IMG/VR virus record: IMGVR_UViG_2706795967_000001
Location: 2,612 to 66,611 of that record
DNA: 64,000 bases
Direction: 5' to 3' (one strand)
Source: a virus
Taxonomy: Duplodnaviria > Caudoviricetes
Position 1 is the stretch's first letter; the number at the start of each line of letters is the position of its first letter. This document shows, one piece after another, positions 45,120 through 54,313 of this stretch. Both the position numbers and the translations under genes were made by a program. The notes under the pieces were generated by a model. That model worked only from the letters and a program-made list of their open reading frames with translations. It was not told where the DNA came from and made no database searches.

Positions 45120-47541
45120 GGACATGGCCCTAACCTCCTCTCCGGAGGCGATCAAGCTGTGCAAGCACTGGATCAGGCAGGGCTGGGAGTTCAGGTCCAA
45201 GAAGAACCCTCACATCAGGAAGAATCGCAAGGCGTACAAGAAGAGGCTCAACTATGAATTCGACCAGATTGTCAGCAAGGGGTTCGTTGACTACTTCCTT
45301 GTATTGTCGGATGCTGTTAGATGGGCTAAAGACAATAAGATTCCTGTTGGACCGGCTCGCGGATCTGCAGCAGCAAGCCTCGTTTGCTATCTCCTCCGGA
45401 TCACTGAGATCGATCCGATGCAGTTTCCTACTATGCTCTTTGCTCGTTTCATTGATCCAGACCGTCTTGACCTACCTGACGTCGACCTGGATTTCGCAGA
45501 CGACCGCCGCGAAGAAGTCCGGCAATATCTCGTCCGCAAGTATGGAGCAAATCGAGTTGGGAACATCGGTAACTTTATACGTTACCGAGGAAAGAACTCG
45601 ATTGATGACGTCGCCCGCGTATATGGCATACCGAAATGGGCCGCTGAGGGCGTAAAGGGACTTATCGTTGAGCGGTCGGGCGGTGACGCTCGACAGTCGG
45701 AAAGCCTGGCCGACACGTTCGACATGTTCCCGAAGGCGAAGGGGTTCGCCGACCAGTTCCCAGAACTGCGCAAAGCAGAGCTTCTGGAGGGCAACTATCG
45801 AGGCCTGAGCGTGCACGCGGCAGGAATCGTTATCTCAAATACCCCTATTCCCGAGACATGCGCGGTCTACACTCGCACCAAGGCGGGCTCAGACGAGCCC
45901 GTCTCTGTCATTGCGTACGACAAGAACGACGCCGAGTACGTGGGTCTTCTCAAGGCAGACTTCCTCGGTCTCACCACGATGGGCATGATCGGGCGTGCCC
46001 TGGACATGATCGGAATGGACCTTGAAGACCTCTACAGCATCCCCATCACAGAGAAAGATACGCTTCAGGCTTTTGGGGAGAACAATCTGGTTGGAATATT
46101 CCAGTTTGAAGGTCGGGCAACGGCGATTGTCAATCGCGACGTACACCCCGACAATTTCGGTCATCTTGCGGACATCAACGCACTGTCGCGTCCTGGCCCT
46201 CTATTCTCAGGAATGACAGCGAAGTACGTGGCGGTGAAGCATGGTCGAGAGGAGGCTGAGCGCCTACACCCGATCGTGGACGACCTCACGGACTGGACCT
46301 ACGGACAGATCGTCTACCAAGAGCAGGCGCTCTCGATCGTGCGAGACCTGGCCGGATTCCCGGTGTCTCGCGTTGGCGACATCCGCCGCATCATCTCCAA
46401 GAAGCTTGGGCAGACCGTCATGGTCAACTTCCTGGAAGAATTCGTGGAAGGCTGCCGGTCCACCCACGGCATCAAGCCCGAGGTGAGCAAGCGAATCTGG
46501 GACTTCATCGCGACCAGCTCCACCTACTCGTTCAATCAGAGTCACTCCGTGAGTTACGCGATGCTGGCATTCTGGGCGATGTACCTGAAGATTCACTACC
46601 CGAAGGAGTTCTATGCTGCGTCACTATCCAAGATAGGAAACGGCAAGGCCGACCTCTGGAAGCGTTCACGCATGATTCTCGATGCGATGAAGAACGAAAT
46701 CCCCGTCCTTCCGCCAAGCCTCATGGATAGCGGGAGCACGTGGGCTGTCAACAACGAGGGCATTATCGGCGGGTTCGAGCAGGTCCACGGCATCGGCCCC
46801 AAGACGGCGATCAAGATCCTAGGCGTGAAGCAGGGCATTCTCTGTTCTTGCGGGCACGACACGCACGACGGCGGATGCACAGCCATCTATCCGTGGGGTG
46901 GTGACTATCGTCAATGCAAGTGTGAGGGCGGCGAATACATAGATCTAGAGTTCGGCTGGACCGAGCTAGAGAAGATCGCCGGTATTGGACCCGCCACGGT
47001 CAAGAAGATCCTGAGCATGGTGGAGAGCGTCGACCCGTACCAGGTTAACCGCACAGCCGAGATACTCGACGCCGCTCGAGAGGCCATAGCGGGTATGGGC
47101 ATGGTTACGCCTACACACCACAGCACCCGTAGCATCTCAGAATGGGGTCTTGAGCCCATGCCTCAGACTGGAGAGCACGATGTCGTGTGGATCGGCATGG
47201 CTCGGAACCTGAACTACAAGGATTATGTCGAGGCGACACGCACTCGTACCGGTCGGGAGGAAGAGGACATCATCGCAGAGATGCGAGACCCGGACCTGCG
47301 CAAGTCGTGCGTGATCCAGGCGTACGACGAGGGAGACGAGGACGTATATCTGCGAATAAACCGCTGGAAGTTCCCCGAGGTGGAGCAAGAGCTCGAAGCG
47401 ATCATGAAAGACCAGGACGTGATCCTGGCGGTAGGCCGGAAGCGTGAGGACTTCGGTATCTCCATCCACGTGCAAGATCTCGTGGTGCTCCAGAACGAGA
47501 TGGAGGAAGACGAAGAGGATGAGGACGAGGACACCGTGTAG
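45106..47541 (+). CDS. dnaE: DNA polymerase III alpha, catalytic (palm/thumb/fingers/HhH) part (811 aa)
   Basis: GPARGSAAASLV, PDVDLDF, SVHAAG, LKADFLGL, YSFNQSHSVSYA. Confidence 0.92.
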   Translation: MATFEDMALTSSPEAIKLCKHWIRQGWEFRSKKNPHIRKNRKAYKKRLNYEFDQIVSKGFVDYFLVLSDAVRWAKDNKIPVGPARGSAAASLVCYLLRITEIDPMQFPTMLFARFIDPDRLDLPDVDLDFADDRREEVRQYLVRKYGANRVGNIGNFIRYRGKNSIDDVARVYGIPKWAAEGVKGLIVERSGGDARQSESLADTFDMFPKAKGFADQFPELRKAELLEGNYRGLSVHAAGIVISNTPIPETCAVYTRTKAGSDEPVSVIAYDKNDAEYVGLLKADFLGLTTMGMIGRALDMIGMDLEDLYSIPITEKDTLQAFGENNLVGIFQFEGRATAIVNRDVHPDNFGHLADINALSRPGPLFSGMTAKYVAVKHGREEAERLHPIVDDLTDWTYGQIVYQEQALSIVRDLAGFPVSRVGDIRRIISKKLGQTVMVNFLEEFVEGCRSTHGIKPEVSKRIWDFIATSSTYSFNQSHSVSYAMLAFWAMYLKIHYPKEFYAASLSKIGNGKADLWKRSRMILDAMKNEIPVLPPSLMDSGSTWAVNNEGIIGGFEQVHGIGPKTAIKILGVKQGILCSCGHDTHDGGCTAIYPWGGDYRQCKCEGGEYIDLEFGWTELEKIAGIGPATVKKILSMVESVDPYQVNRTAEILDAAREAIAGMGMVTPTHHSTRSISEWGLEPMPQTGEHDVVWIGMARNLNYKDYVEATRTRTGREEEDIIAEMRDPDLRKSCVIQAYDEGDEDVYLRINRWKFPEVEQELEAIMKDQDVILAVGRKREDFGISIHVQDLVVLQNEMEEDEEDEDEDTV

Positions 47542-47725
47542 CTCCAGGCATGGAAAGCACTGCTCTCAAGAGCACGCGGACCTCATGCGGGGATACTGGG
47601 CCGAGCGAGAACGTCAGGAAATCGCTCTAGAGAACGAGCTATACAAGGAGTCGGACGGCAATAGTCGTCCGGCTCTTTTGTCATTCCAGGAGTATCTGAT
47701 GGGTAGCCGCAGGAACGGACGATAG
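47519..47725 (+). CDS. Hypothetical protein (68 aa)
   Basis: Probable ATG 47519 after GAAGAGG; CSSRHGKHCSQEH; start uncertain. Confidence 0.5.
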   Translation: MRTRTPCSSRHGKHCSQEHADLMRGYWAERERQEIALENELYKESDGNSRPALLSFQEYLMGSRRNGR

Positions 47726-47754
47726 TTGCGCCACTACTAAACCTGTACTAGTAT
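47726..47754 (+). promoter_or_regulatory. SigA-type promoter
   Basis: TTGCGC, 17 nt, TAGTAT; AGGAGG SD downstream. Confidence 0.65.
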
Positions 47755-47798
47755 TGTAGGGGTAAGCGCGGCAGCGTTTACCCCGATCAGGAGGAAAC

Positions 47799-48323
47799 AT
47801 GAAGTTCAAGAAGCTGCTCAAGATCGCGAAGAAGATTCGCGAGCGCCAAGAGCACGGGATCATGAGCGATCGCCGTCACCACGCCGACACGATCAGCCGC
47901 ATCCACCGCCTCGAGCAGGTCGTGAAGGACACGCAGGACATGGTTCGCGACGTCCTGGACGAAGTCGTGCAGGACACCGTCGACTCCGAGAGCGAACCTC
48001 TCGTCAAGCCGATCGATCCCCTCGACCCCGTTCTCGAGCCGGTCGCGCCTCTAGCATTCCAAGAGGTCCAAATGAAGCCCGAGACCTTCGACGAGCTGCA
48101 CTCGGTCATCGCAACCATCGCGGCCGGGGGCACGATCAGCGGCGATCGGCTCCCCGTCGACGTGCTCGACGTGATCAAGGCCGCCGACGAGGCCCTCACG
48201 GACATGCGGTTCGGCGACGAGATCAAGGCCCTCCGGGACGCCGCAGACCTCGGGTACCCGCACCCCGACACGGTCGACTGGGAAGACGCCAACGACCACG
48301 CCGACAACGTCGGGAAGGACTGA
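47799..48323 (+). CDS. Hypothetical protein (174 aa)
   Basis: Strong SD and codon bias. Confidence 0.75.
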   Translation: MKFKKLLKIAKKIRERQEHGIMSDRRHHADTISRIHRLEQVVKDTQDMVRDVLDEVVQDTVDSESEPLVKPIDPLDPVLEPVAPLAFQEVQMKPETFDELHSVIATIAAGGTISGDRLPVDVLDVIKAADEALTDMRFGDEIKALRDAADLGYPHPDTVDWEDANDHADNVGKD

Positions 48324-48328
48324 GACTG

Positions 48329-48988
48329 ATGAGCCGCACTCAGAAGAATGTCACGGAAAAAGCTCTCCGCGAGCAGTACGTCATGATCCAAGGTCTCATA
48401 GCAGACCGCGACCGTCATCAGAAGATGTGGGACAATCAGTACGACCGCATCGAACAGGTCGACGAGCGCCTGGAAGAACGCACCTCGATGCTCGCGGACA
48501 GCCTGGTCGAATTGCACAAGACGATACGGGTATTCCAGGACGTCGTCCGCAACCGCGATCTGAAGCTCATCTCTTACGAACTCGCGACCAAGGCCGCAGA
48601 GTTCCAGGGCGGGCCGGTTATCGACGAGGCCAAGCAGCTCTACGAGTGGGTTCTCGAGAACGAGGAAAGTCGTTGCGTTCACGACGCGGTAGCCGACGCC
48701 ATCGCCGAAGAAGACGAGCCCGAAAGGGCAGACTTCATCGACGTTCTCTTCGACGGCCCTCCCGGACCGGAGTCGGGCCGATTCGTCGAGGTCGAGGTTC
48801 AATACCCCGACGGAAGCCGACGAGGGGTTCGTCTCGGTCACTGGGTCAAGAGGGCTGACGGGCCGGGCAGTGAATACTGGGCGCTCCGTTTCCGCGAAGA
48901 AGACGTCGATCGAGTCCTGTACGGCGACAGTTCGCCCCTTCCCCCGCAATCGTTCTACGACGGAATGACGGGCGCGAGCGATGTCTAG
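48329..48988 (+). CDS. Hypothetical coiled-coil protein (219 aa)
   Basis: Contains FFDGPPGP-like DVLFDGPPGPESGRFVEVE. Confidence 0.75.
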   Translation: MSRTQKNVTEKALREQYVMIQGLIADRDRHQKMWDNQYDRIEQVDERLEERTSMLADSLVELHKTIRVFQDVVRNRDLKLISYELATKAAEFQGGPVIDEAKQLYEWVLENEESRCVHDAVADAIAEEDEPERADFIDVLFDGPPGPESGRFVEVEVQYPDGSRRGVRLGHWVKRADGPGSEYWALRFREEDVDRVLYGDSSPLPPQSFYDGMTGASDV

Positions 48989-49334
48989 GTACAAGCCGGA
49001 GTTCCTGGAAGACCTCCGCCAAGTGCTGAACAAGCACAGCGTCGACAGTACGATCGGAGTCGCCGACTTCCTCCTGGCGGAGATGGTGGCCAACTCGCTC
49101 GCCGCCGTCGAGCAGGTCGTCCAGGACAACCGAAACCTCGGTTACGCGAATCTGTCGGAACGCCTCAAGATCGTCAATTCCATCGAGCGCTCTCAGGCCA
49201 TCTCGTTCCTCGTCGGAGAGTCCAACGCAGCCTCGTCACAGTTCGATTCAACTGGCGAAGAGATCGATAAGAGGGAACGAAGCATGGTTGAGGCACTCAA
49301 GGTCCTCGGCGTCAAGGAAGAGGAGATGCCGTGA
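48981..49334 (+). CDS. Hypothetical protein (117 aa)
   Basis: LRQVLNKHSVD..IGVADFLLAE motif; coupled. Confidence 0.7.
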   Translation: MSRYKPEFLEDLRQVLNKHSVDSTIGVADFLLAEMVANSLAAVEQVVQDNRNLGYANLSERLKIVNSIERSQAISFLVGESNAASSQFDSTGEEIDKRERSMVEALKVLGVKEEEMP

Positions 49335-49549
49335 GTTTCCTCGAAGGCCACCGCATCACCGGTAAGCTCTGCAGTCGAGTCTGCGACAAGCCTTCGGGGT
49401 GCCTCAACGAGGGGCCACAGTACGCGGGCAAGGTTACCGATGCATTCCGAGATCGCGTTTTGGTGCAGGTCACCAGTTGCCCAGATAGGCCGGGTGCGGT
49501 TGGCCGAGAGCGCTGGGTGAACCCCGACAAGATCCAACACCTGGACTAG
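49331..49549 (+). CDS. Hypothetical protein (72 aa)
   Basis: AGGAGGAG SD; SH3-like beta pattern. Confidence 0.6.
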   Translation: MSFLEGHRITGKLCSRVCDKPSGCLNEGPQYAGKVTDAFRDRVLVQVTSCPDRPGAVGRERWVNPDKIQHLD

Positions 49550-49557
49550 GAGAAGAA

Positions 49558-50778
49558 GTGAGCAATGAATCCAGCAAGGCCGTCGTCAAATTCAGCGATG
49601 AGGCGATGTTCACGGCGGAATACGCGAAGGACACCGGCGGAGGTGACCACCGCCCGCGAGTACGGCTCCTCGACGCACCGAGTGATCCGCTTGGTAAACT
49701 CGCATTCCTGGCGAAGACCTATCAGGGTCGGTTCCCCGACAGCTACGCGGACATCTCCGACGAGGACCGGCTCTACTACGTTCAGGACATGGAGAAGAAC
49801 ATCCTGGGAATGCCTTCCGAGGCCGTACAGTTTCACTTCCTCCTCGAGAACGTCACCCGGTCCTTCACTCATCAGCTTGTACGTACGAGGCACGCATCTT
49901 ATGCCCAGGAGTCGATGAGGTTCGCCGTCAAAGAGGACTTCCCCGTTCAGCTACCTCCGAGCCTCGTCGGGACCCTAAGCTACGAGGAATGGCAGGAGGC
50001 CGAGCGAAAGAAGAACCCGGACATGGTCAACTTCCACGCCGAGTCGCTCTGGTCGGTCGGACAGCAGTGGTGGGATTACGCCGAGCGGTACGCGGGCGAC
50101 CGACAGATGATGCGGTTCAAATGGGACGAGGCGGTCGCGGATGCTGGCGAGGCTTACGCCCAGCTGATCGACATGGGGATGCCCGCCGAGGACGCTCGCG
50201 GCCTGGCACCGCACGCAATCGTCACGAAGATCAACTGGGTGGTGGATCTCCGGGCGCTCATGGCTACGGCGGGTCAGCGCCTCTGCACTCAGGCGCAGTG
50301 GGAGCACCGCGAGATGTGGGCCAGCCTGATCCAGTCCATCCGTGACTACGGGCGAAAGGTGATCTACACCGCTCCGGCCGATGACAGTGACGAGCCTCAA
50401 GACGTCTATCTCGGAACCGCTCAGCGATCCTCCTCCTGGCAGTTCGACTTCCTGGCGGATCGGTTCAAGCCGGTGTGCTACCAGACAGGCCGGTGCCAGT
50501 TCCGCAGCGACTTCGACCGGTACTGCAACATCCGTGACCGCGTGGAAGCCAACGCGGCGATCGGTCGGCCGAGCAATGAATGGCACGAGGACTACATCGT
50601 TCCGACCGACCCGAAGTATCACACCACGTTCGCCGGAGCCACCGAACCGGGTAGCACCGTGGAGCTCGGCATTCCGGCTATCGCCCCGCACGAGTGGTTG
50701 GACCCCAACGCGGCGATTCAGCCCACCGGCGACTGGCGGAGCGCCGAGGCACAGGCCAACATCAAGGACCGGCGATGA
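49558..50778 (+). CDS. thyX: FAD-dependent thymidylate synthase
   Basis: SEAVQFHF..VTRSFTHQLVRTRHASYAQESMRF; EDARGLAP; RLCTQAQWE. Confidence 0.9.
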   Translation: MSNESSKAVVKFSDEAMFTAEYAKDTGGGDHRPRVRLLDAPSDPLGKLAFLAKTYQGRFPDSYADISDEDRLYYVQDMEKNILGMPSEAVQFHFLLENVTRSFTHQLVRTRHASYAQESMRFAVKEDFPVQLPPSLVGTLSYEEWQEAERKKNPDMVNFHAESLWSVGQQWWDYAERYAGDRQMMRFKWDEAVADAGEAYAQLIDMGMPAEDARGLAPHAIVTKINWVVDLRALMATAGQRLCTQAQWEHREMWASLIQSIRDYGRKVIYTAPADDSDEPQDVYLGTAQRSSSWQFDFLADRFKPVCYQTGRCQFRSDFDRYCNIRDRVEANAAIGRPSNEWHEDYIVPTDPKYHTTFAGATEPGSTVELGIPAIAPHEWLDPNAAIQPTGDWRSAEAQANIKDRR

Positions 50779-51077
50779 GGCTCGGAGAGGTCAAGGCTGC
50801 CTTGCAGGTCGTCTACGTCAACGGTCACACGCAGAAGATGATGTGGGCGCAGACCTACGACGTTGTGCCGCAGGGGTTCCGTGTTCCCTCGTACGAGGAA
50901 TACGTGATTCGGAACACGCAGAACAACCCCGAGGGCGAGGTCTGGAGGGTCCGGTACGTGATCTGGCGAACCGAGGGGCCAACGCACGTCCAGCGCGCGG
51001 TGGTGGTCTTGGTTCGCCCGGCCGAACACGAGACGATCCAGGAACACCTTCAAGTAGCCGTGGAGGCAATGGGATGA
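50775..51077 (+). CDS. Hypothetical protein (100 aa)
   Basis: ATGA coupling at both ends. Confidence 0.65.
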   Translation: MRLGEVKAALQVVYVNGHTQKMMWAQTYDVVPQGFRVPSYEEYVIRNTQNNPEGEVWRVRYVIWRTEGPTHVQRAVVVLVRPAEHETIQEHLQVAVEAMG

Positions 51078-51244
51078 GCCTGGTCGCGATCGATCACGGT
51101 GAATGCAACAACTGCGGTCACAAGGGTGAGCTTGTGGGCGTGACAGTATTCACCATGATGGGTTATCGTCCTGACAAAGGATGCGCGAAGTGTCACCGAA
51201 TCGTGATGAAGCGTCGGTGGGTCGTGGAGAAAGAGAAGGCGTGA
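51074..51244 (+). CDS. Small Zn-finger protein (56 aa)
   Basis: CNNC...CAKC; GGAGG SD. Confidence 0.65.
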   Translation: MSLVAIDHGECNNCGHKGELVGVTVFTMMGYRPDKGCAKCHRIVMKRRWVVEKEKA

Positions 51245-51324
51245 CAGATCTGATCGTGTGGGCGGCGATACTCGTCCTCGCACTGTTCGCAGGATACACA
51301 CTCCTTTATGGAAGGAAAGGGTGA
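51241..51324 (+). CDS. Possible 27-aa single-TM peptide
   Basis: MTDLIVWAAILVLALFAGYTLLYGRKG*; GTGA coupling. Confidence 0.45.
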   Translation: MTDLIVWAAILVLALFAGYTLLYGRKG

Positions 51325-51325
51325 G

Positions 51326-51640
51326 ATGAGAGAAAAGTGGGACGGGGTGCACGCCGACAAGCTACATCGGGCACAGTACCTCGAGAGGGAATACGGCAAG
51401 GTGTTCCCGGCTGTGGACGACGCCACGCTCAATCTCGGTGATGGACTCTCGATGGAGTTCTCGGTTCAAGGGCAATTCGGGGTGAAGCTCCAGTTCACGA
51501 AAACTAATCTCCGGAACGAAATCAAGTTCCAGGAGATCAACATCCCGTTCACCAAGAGCGAATGGAAGGTGGACGAGAGGGTCGTCGTCAAGATCGTCAA
51601 GGCGATCATGTTCGTGGAGGAGATCTACGATGGCCGATGA
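51326..51640 (+). CDS. Hypothetical protein (104 aa)
   Basis: ATG 51326 after GGAAGGAAAGG. Confidence 0.65.
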   Translation: MREKWDGVHADKLHRAQYLEREYGKVFPAVDDATLNLGDGLSMEFSVQGQFGVKLQFTKTNLRNEIKFQEINIPFTKSEWKVDERVVVKIVKAIMFVEEIYDGR

Positions 51641-51791
51641 ACAACTGCCGGAGTGGTACCTCAGCCTCGCCGACGACAATCCGGAGAAGATCGCCATCGA
51701 CCGATTCGTCGGTTTGGGCGGAAGCCTGAACAGCTGGGGCTACATGGCTCCAGAACTCAAAGCGATGTACTACGACAAGAAGGAAGTGTGA
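51630..51791 (+). CDS. Hypothetical protein (53 aa; missed by ORF track)
   Basis: GGAGG SD; MADEQLPEWY...KKEV*. Confidence 0.55.
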   Translation: MADEQLPEWYLSLADDNPEKIAIDRFVGLGGSLNSWGYMAPELKAMYYDKKEV

Positions 51792-51792
51792 C

Positions 51793-52440
51793 ATGACCGA
51801 TCCGATCACCGAGGGGATCGACCCAGACACCCTCAAGCGCTACGAGGCCCTCGTGGAAGAGATCATGAGCGAGTTCGACGAGAACGAGCTCGAGAAGGCC
51901 AACGAACTCGTCAAGCGGTACGAACGCCGAGTCACCGATGTCGACGCCTTCATCGTCCGTGAGAACTACGCAGAGCTGATCTCGCCTCTTCCGCCACAGT
52001 ACGCGGCGAAGGAAGAACAGATGCGGATCCTCTCGGACTGGTTCCTCAAGCTGTTCCAGACCCTGGAGAACGACAAGGGTCACACGATCGGCGGCGGACC
52101 GCTCCGGGTGGAGGACGAGTGCCCGCTCTGGGGATTCCAGCTGACCATGACGCAGGGGCTCGTGCCGATGGGGCACAAGGGCATCCAGGAGCTGACCTCG
52201 ATGCTCGCGGAGAAGGGATGGGACGAGGACGTCGCCGTCCGGGCGAGCGTCTTCGCCAGCGAGAACTTCGTCCTCATGGAGTTCCTGAAGTCGCGTCTGA
52301 ACGCGCTGGTCGGGCCGACTGCCGATTTCCTCTCGCTCGGGGATGTGATCGGGCTGCTCGTGGCGGCGGTGCGCGCCAACGGCGGGGACATGCTCCAGGT
52401 CAACAAGGAGGACAACCAGGGGGACAAGAAGCGTGACTGA
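51793..52440 (+). CDS. Hypothetical protein (215 aa)
   Basis: Strong codon bias. Confidence 0.75.
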   Translation: MTDPITEGIDPDTLKRYEALVEEIMSEFDENELEKANELVKRYERRVTDVDAFIVRENYAELISPLPPQYAAKEEQMRILSDWFLKLFQTLENDKGHTIGGGPLRVEDECPLWGFQLTMTQGLVPMGHKGIQELTSMLAEKGWDEDVAVRASVFASENFVLMEFLKSRLNALVGPTADFLSLGDVIGLLVAAVRANGGDMLQVNKEDNQGDKKRD

Positions 52441-52738
52441 CGAGACCTCGAACCAGGTCTCGCAGCAGGGGGAGGGGGAAACCCCTCCTTCTGCTGTTCT
52501 CGAGGCGACCAGATACGCGACCGAGGAAATGCGAATTGCCATGCGCGCATTGCGTCAATTCGCCGACGCGCTAAACGGGCAGAGCGGCATTCTGAGGCAG
52601 CGCGCGCAGGCACAGCAAGCGGCAAGGCTGCCGGGTGGCGCTGCCAAGGCGCTCACGCCGGTCGAAAGGCGTGCCAAGCAAGCCAAGCGCAAGGCCAGCA
52701 AGGCAGGGCGCAAGAACAATCGAAAGGGCAAGAAATGA
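52433..52738 (+). CDS. Hypothetical protein with basic tail (101 aa)
   Basis: Coupled at both ends. Confidence 0.65.
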   Translation: MTDETSNQVSQQGEGETPPSAVLEATRYATEEMRIAMRALRQFADALNGQSGILRQRAQAQQAARLPGGAAKALTPVERRAKQAKRKASKAGRKNNRKGKK

Positions 52739-53094
52739 CCGAGCATCTCCTCCCTCACGACGTACTCACCTTCCAGGAGGCCGTCGACGCGGGACACGAC
52801 GAGTGGATGATCAAGAGCTGGGCGCGCGGAGCCGCCGACCAGATCTCCATCGACCTCATGGTCTCGAACAAGACAGTCTCCGAGATCGTACAGGCTGCGG
52901 TTGTCGTCTACGACTACTACGTGAACCACGTCATGTCCGTCGCGCCGATGGGGCTTCTCTACCCGAGCGCTCAGGAGGTGAAGAGGGTCTATCAGGACTT
53001 CCTGGACGAACAGCAGCGGCGATACGACGCCAGGGTCGCCGAGATTCGTGAGGCCGAGGATCGCTCGCTCAGCGAGGAAGACGAGCGTGAGTGA
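52735..53094 (+). CDS. Hypothetical protein (119 aa)
   Basis: ATGA coupling. Confidence 0.7.
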   Translation: MTEHLLPHDVLTFQEAVDAGHDEWMIKSWARGAADQISIDLMVSNKTVSEIVQAAVVVYDYYVNHVMSVAPMGLLYPSAQEVKRVYQDFLDEQQRRYDARVAEIREAEDRSLSEEDERE

Positions 53095-53908
53095 GGGGAG
53101 GCCGGAAGAACCGGCTCGGCTTAAGAGGAAGCGCCCCAAGGCCCCGCAGATCATCCAGATGTCGGAACGCCCTCAGCGGGACGTGAAGCGCGAGAAGCGA
53201 CAGCAGGATCGTCTGCGGGAGCGCATGTGTCCCGAGAAGATCTCTCGCGAGGACCTGGAGATCGAGGACTACGCCTGCGTGATCGCGCTGGACCCTGGCG
53301 GAACGACCGGTTGGTCCCTATTCCAGGTGCAGCCCGAGGCCCTGTCGTCTTTGGACGAGCACGAGCAATACGGCGTGCTCAAGAACGTAGTGGACTGGAA
53401 GCATGGACAGATCGATTGTGGTTCTCAGAAGGGGAACCGAGGGGTCGGTGGATACCGAGACATTAGTACGAGCGGCGAAGCTGTTGGCGAGGGAGAGATC
53501 CTTGGACTTCTCCGAAGCTGGCCCGCTGCGGCAGTCATTATCGAGGATTTCATCCTTGATCCCAAGCGTTTCAACATGGGACGAGACCTTCTATCTCCAG
53601 TTAGGATCACGTCCGTTGTATCTTACGATCTCTGGCTCCAAGGACGCGATTATTTTGTCCAGGGTGCCTCCCTTGCTAAGACCACCGCTACTGACGAAAA
53701 GCTGAAAGCGTGGGGGTACTATAGTAGTACAGGTGGCCTAGGCCACGCCCGGGACGCAGATCGTCACGCGCTTACGTTCTTCAAGAGGGCGGCACAACAC
53801 ACCCCGCAGGGCAGGGAGCTTCGAGAGCGCGCGTGGCCGCATCTGTACGGTCCGGGCGAGGAATTTTACGACCCCGGCAAGACCGCTTCGCAGAGGAGGA
53901 CGGGATGA
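53087..53908 (+). CDS. ruvC: RuvC-like Holliday junction resolvase
   Basis: VIALDPGGTTGW, VIIEDF, HARDADRHAL. Confidence 0.8.
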   Translation: MSEGRPEEPARLKRKRPKAPQIIQMSERPQRDVKREKRQQDRLRERMCPEKISREDLEIEDYACVIALDPGGTTGWSLFQVQPEALSSLDEHEQYGVLKNVVDWKHGQIDCGSQKGNRGVGGYRDISTSGEAVGEGEILGLLRSWPAAAVIIEDFILDPKRFNMGRDLLSPVRITSVVSYDLWLQGRDYFVQGASLAKTTATDEKLKAWGYYSSTGGLGHARDADRHALTFFKRAAQHTPQGRELRERAWPHLYGPGEEFYDPGKTASQRRTG

Positions 53909-54135
53909 GGTCCAGATCCAGGAAGTGCGATTATTGCGGAACCAATCTCGCCTCGGAGTTTGACGAGATGAACGACGGCACTCGGATGTGTACGGAATGT
54001 TACGACGAGCAATATGGAGAGGGTGACTACAGTGGCACAGGACAAACCGTTGATCCTGAAGAGTTCAACGAAGGCGATAACCGCACTGAATTCAATGTGC
54101 TATCCCCCGACGAAGTTGCCTCCTCCAATGGCTGA
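53905..54135 (+). CDS. Small Zn-finger acidic protein (76 aa)
   Basis: CDYC...CTEC; GAGGAGG SD. Confidence 0.6.
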   Translation: MRSRSRKCDYCGTNLASEFDEMNDGTRMCTECYDEQYGEGDYSGTGQTVDPEEFNEGDNRTEFNVLSPDEVASSNG

Positions 54136-54313
54136 GGCGCAGACTGAGGCGCAGGCGGATCCGGTTCGCACTTATCAGGGCCACACGTTCCTGTCGTGGT
54201 CGGAGAAGCAGAAGCTGATCGAAGACGCGAAAGCAATGGGAATGACGCAGTCCGCCTATCTCCGGCACCTGGTCGTCAAGGCCTCCGTGAATATGGAATC
54301 AGGAGCAGCGTAA
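54128..54313 (+). CDS. Ribbon-helix-helix-like DNA-binding protein (61 aa)
   Basis: HTFLSWSEKQKLIEDAKAMGMTQSAYLRHLV, a CopG/MobC-like pattern. Confidence 0.6.
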   Translation: MAEAQTEAQADPVRTYQGHTFLSWSEKQKLIEDAKAMGMTQSAYLRHLVVKASVNMESGAA

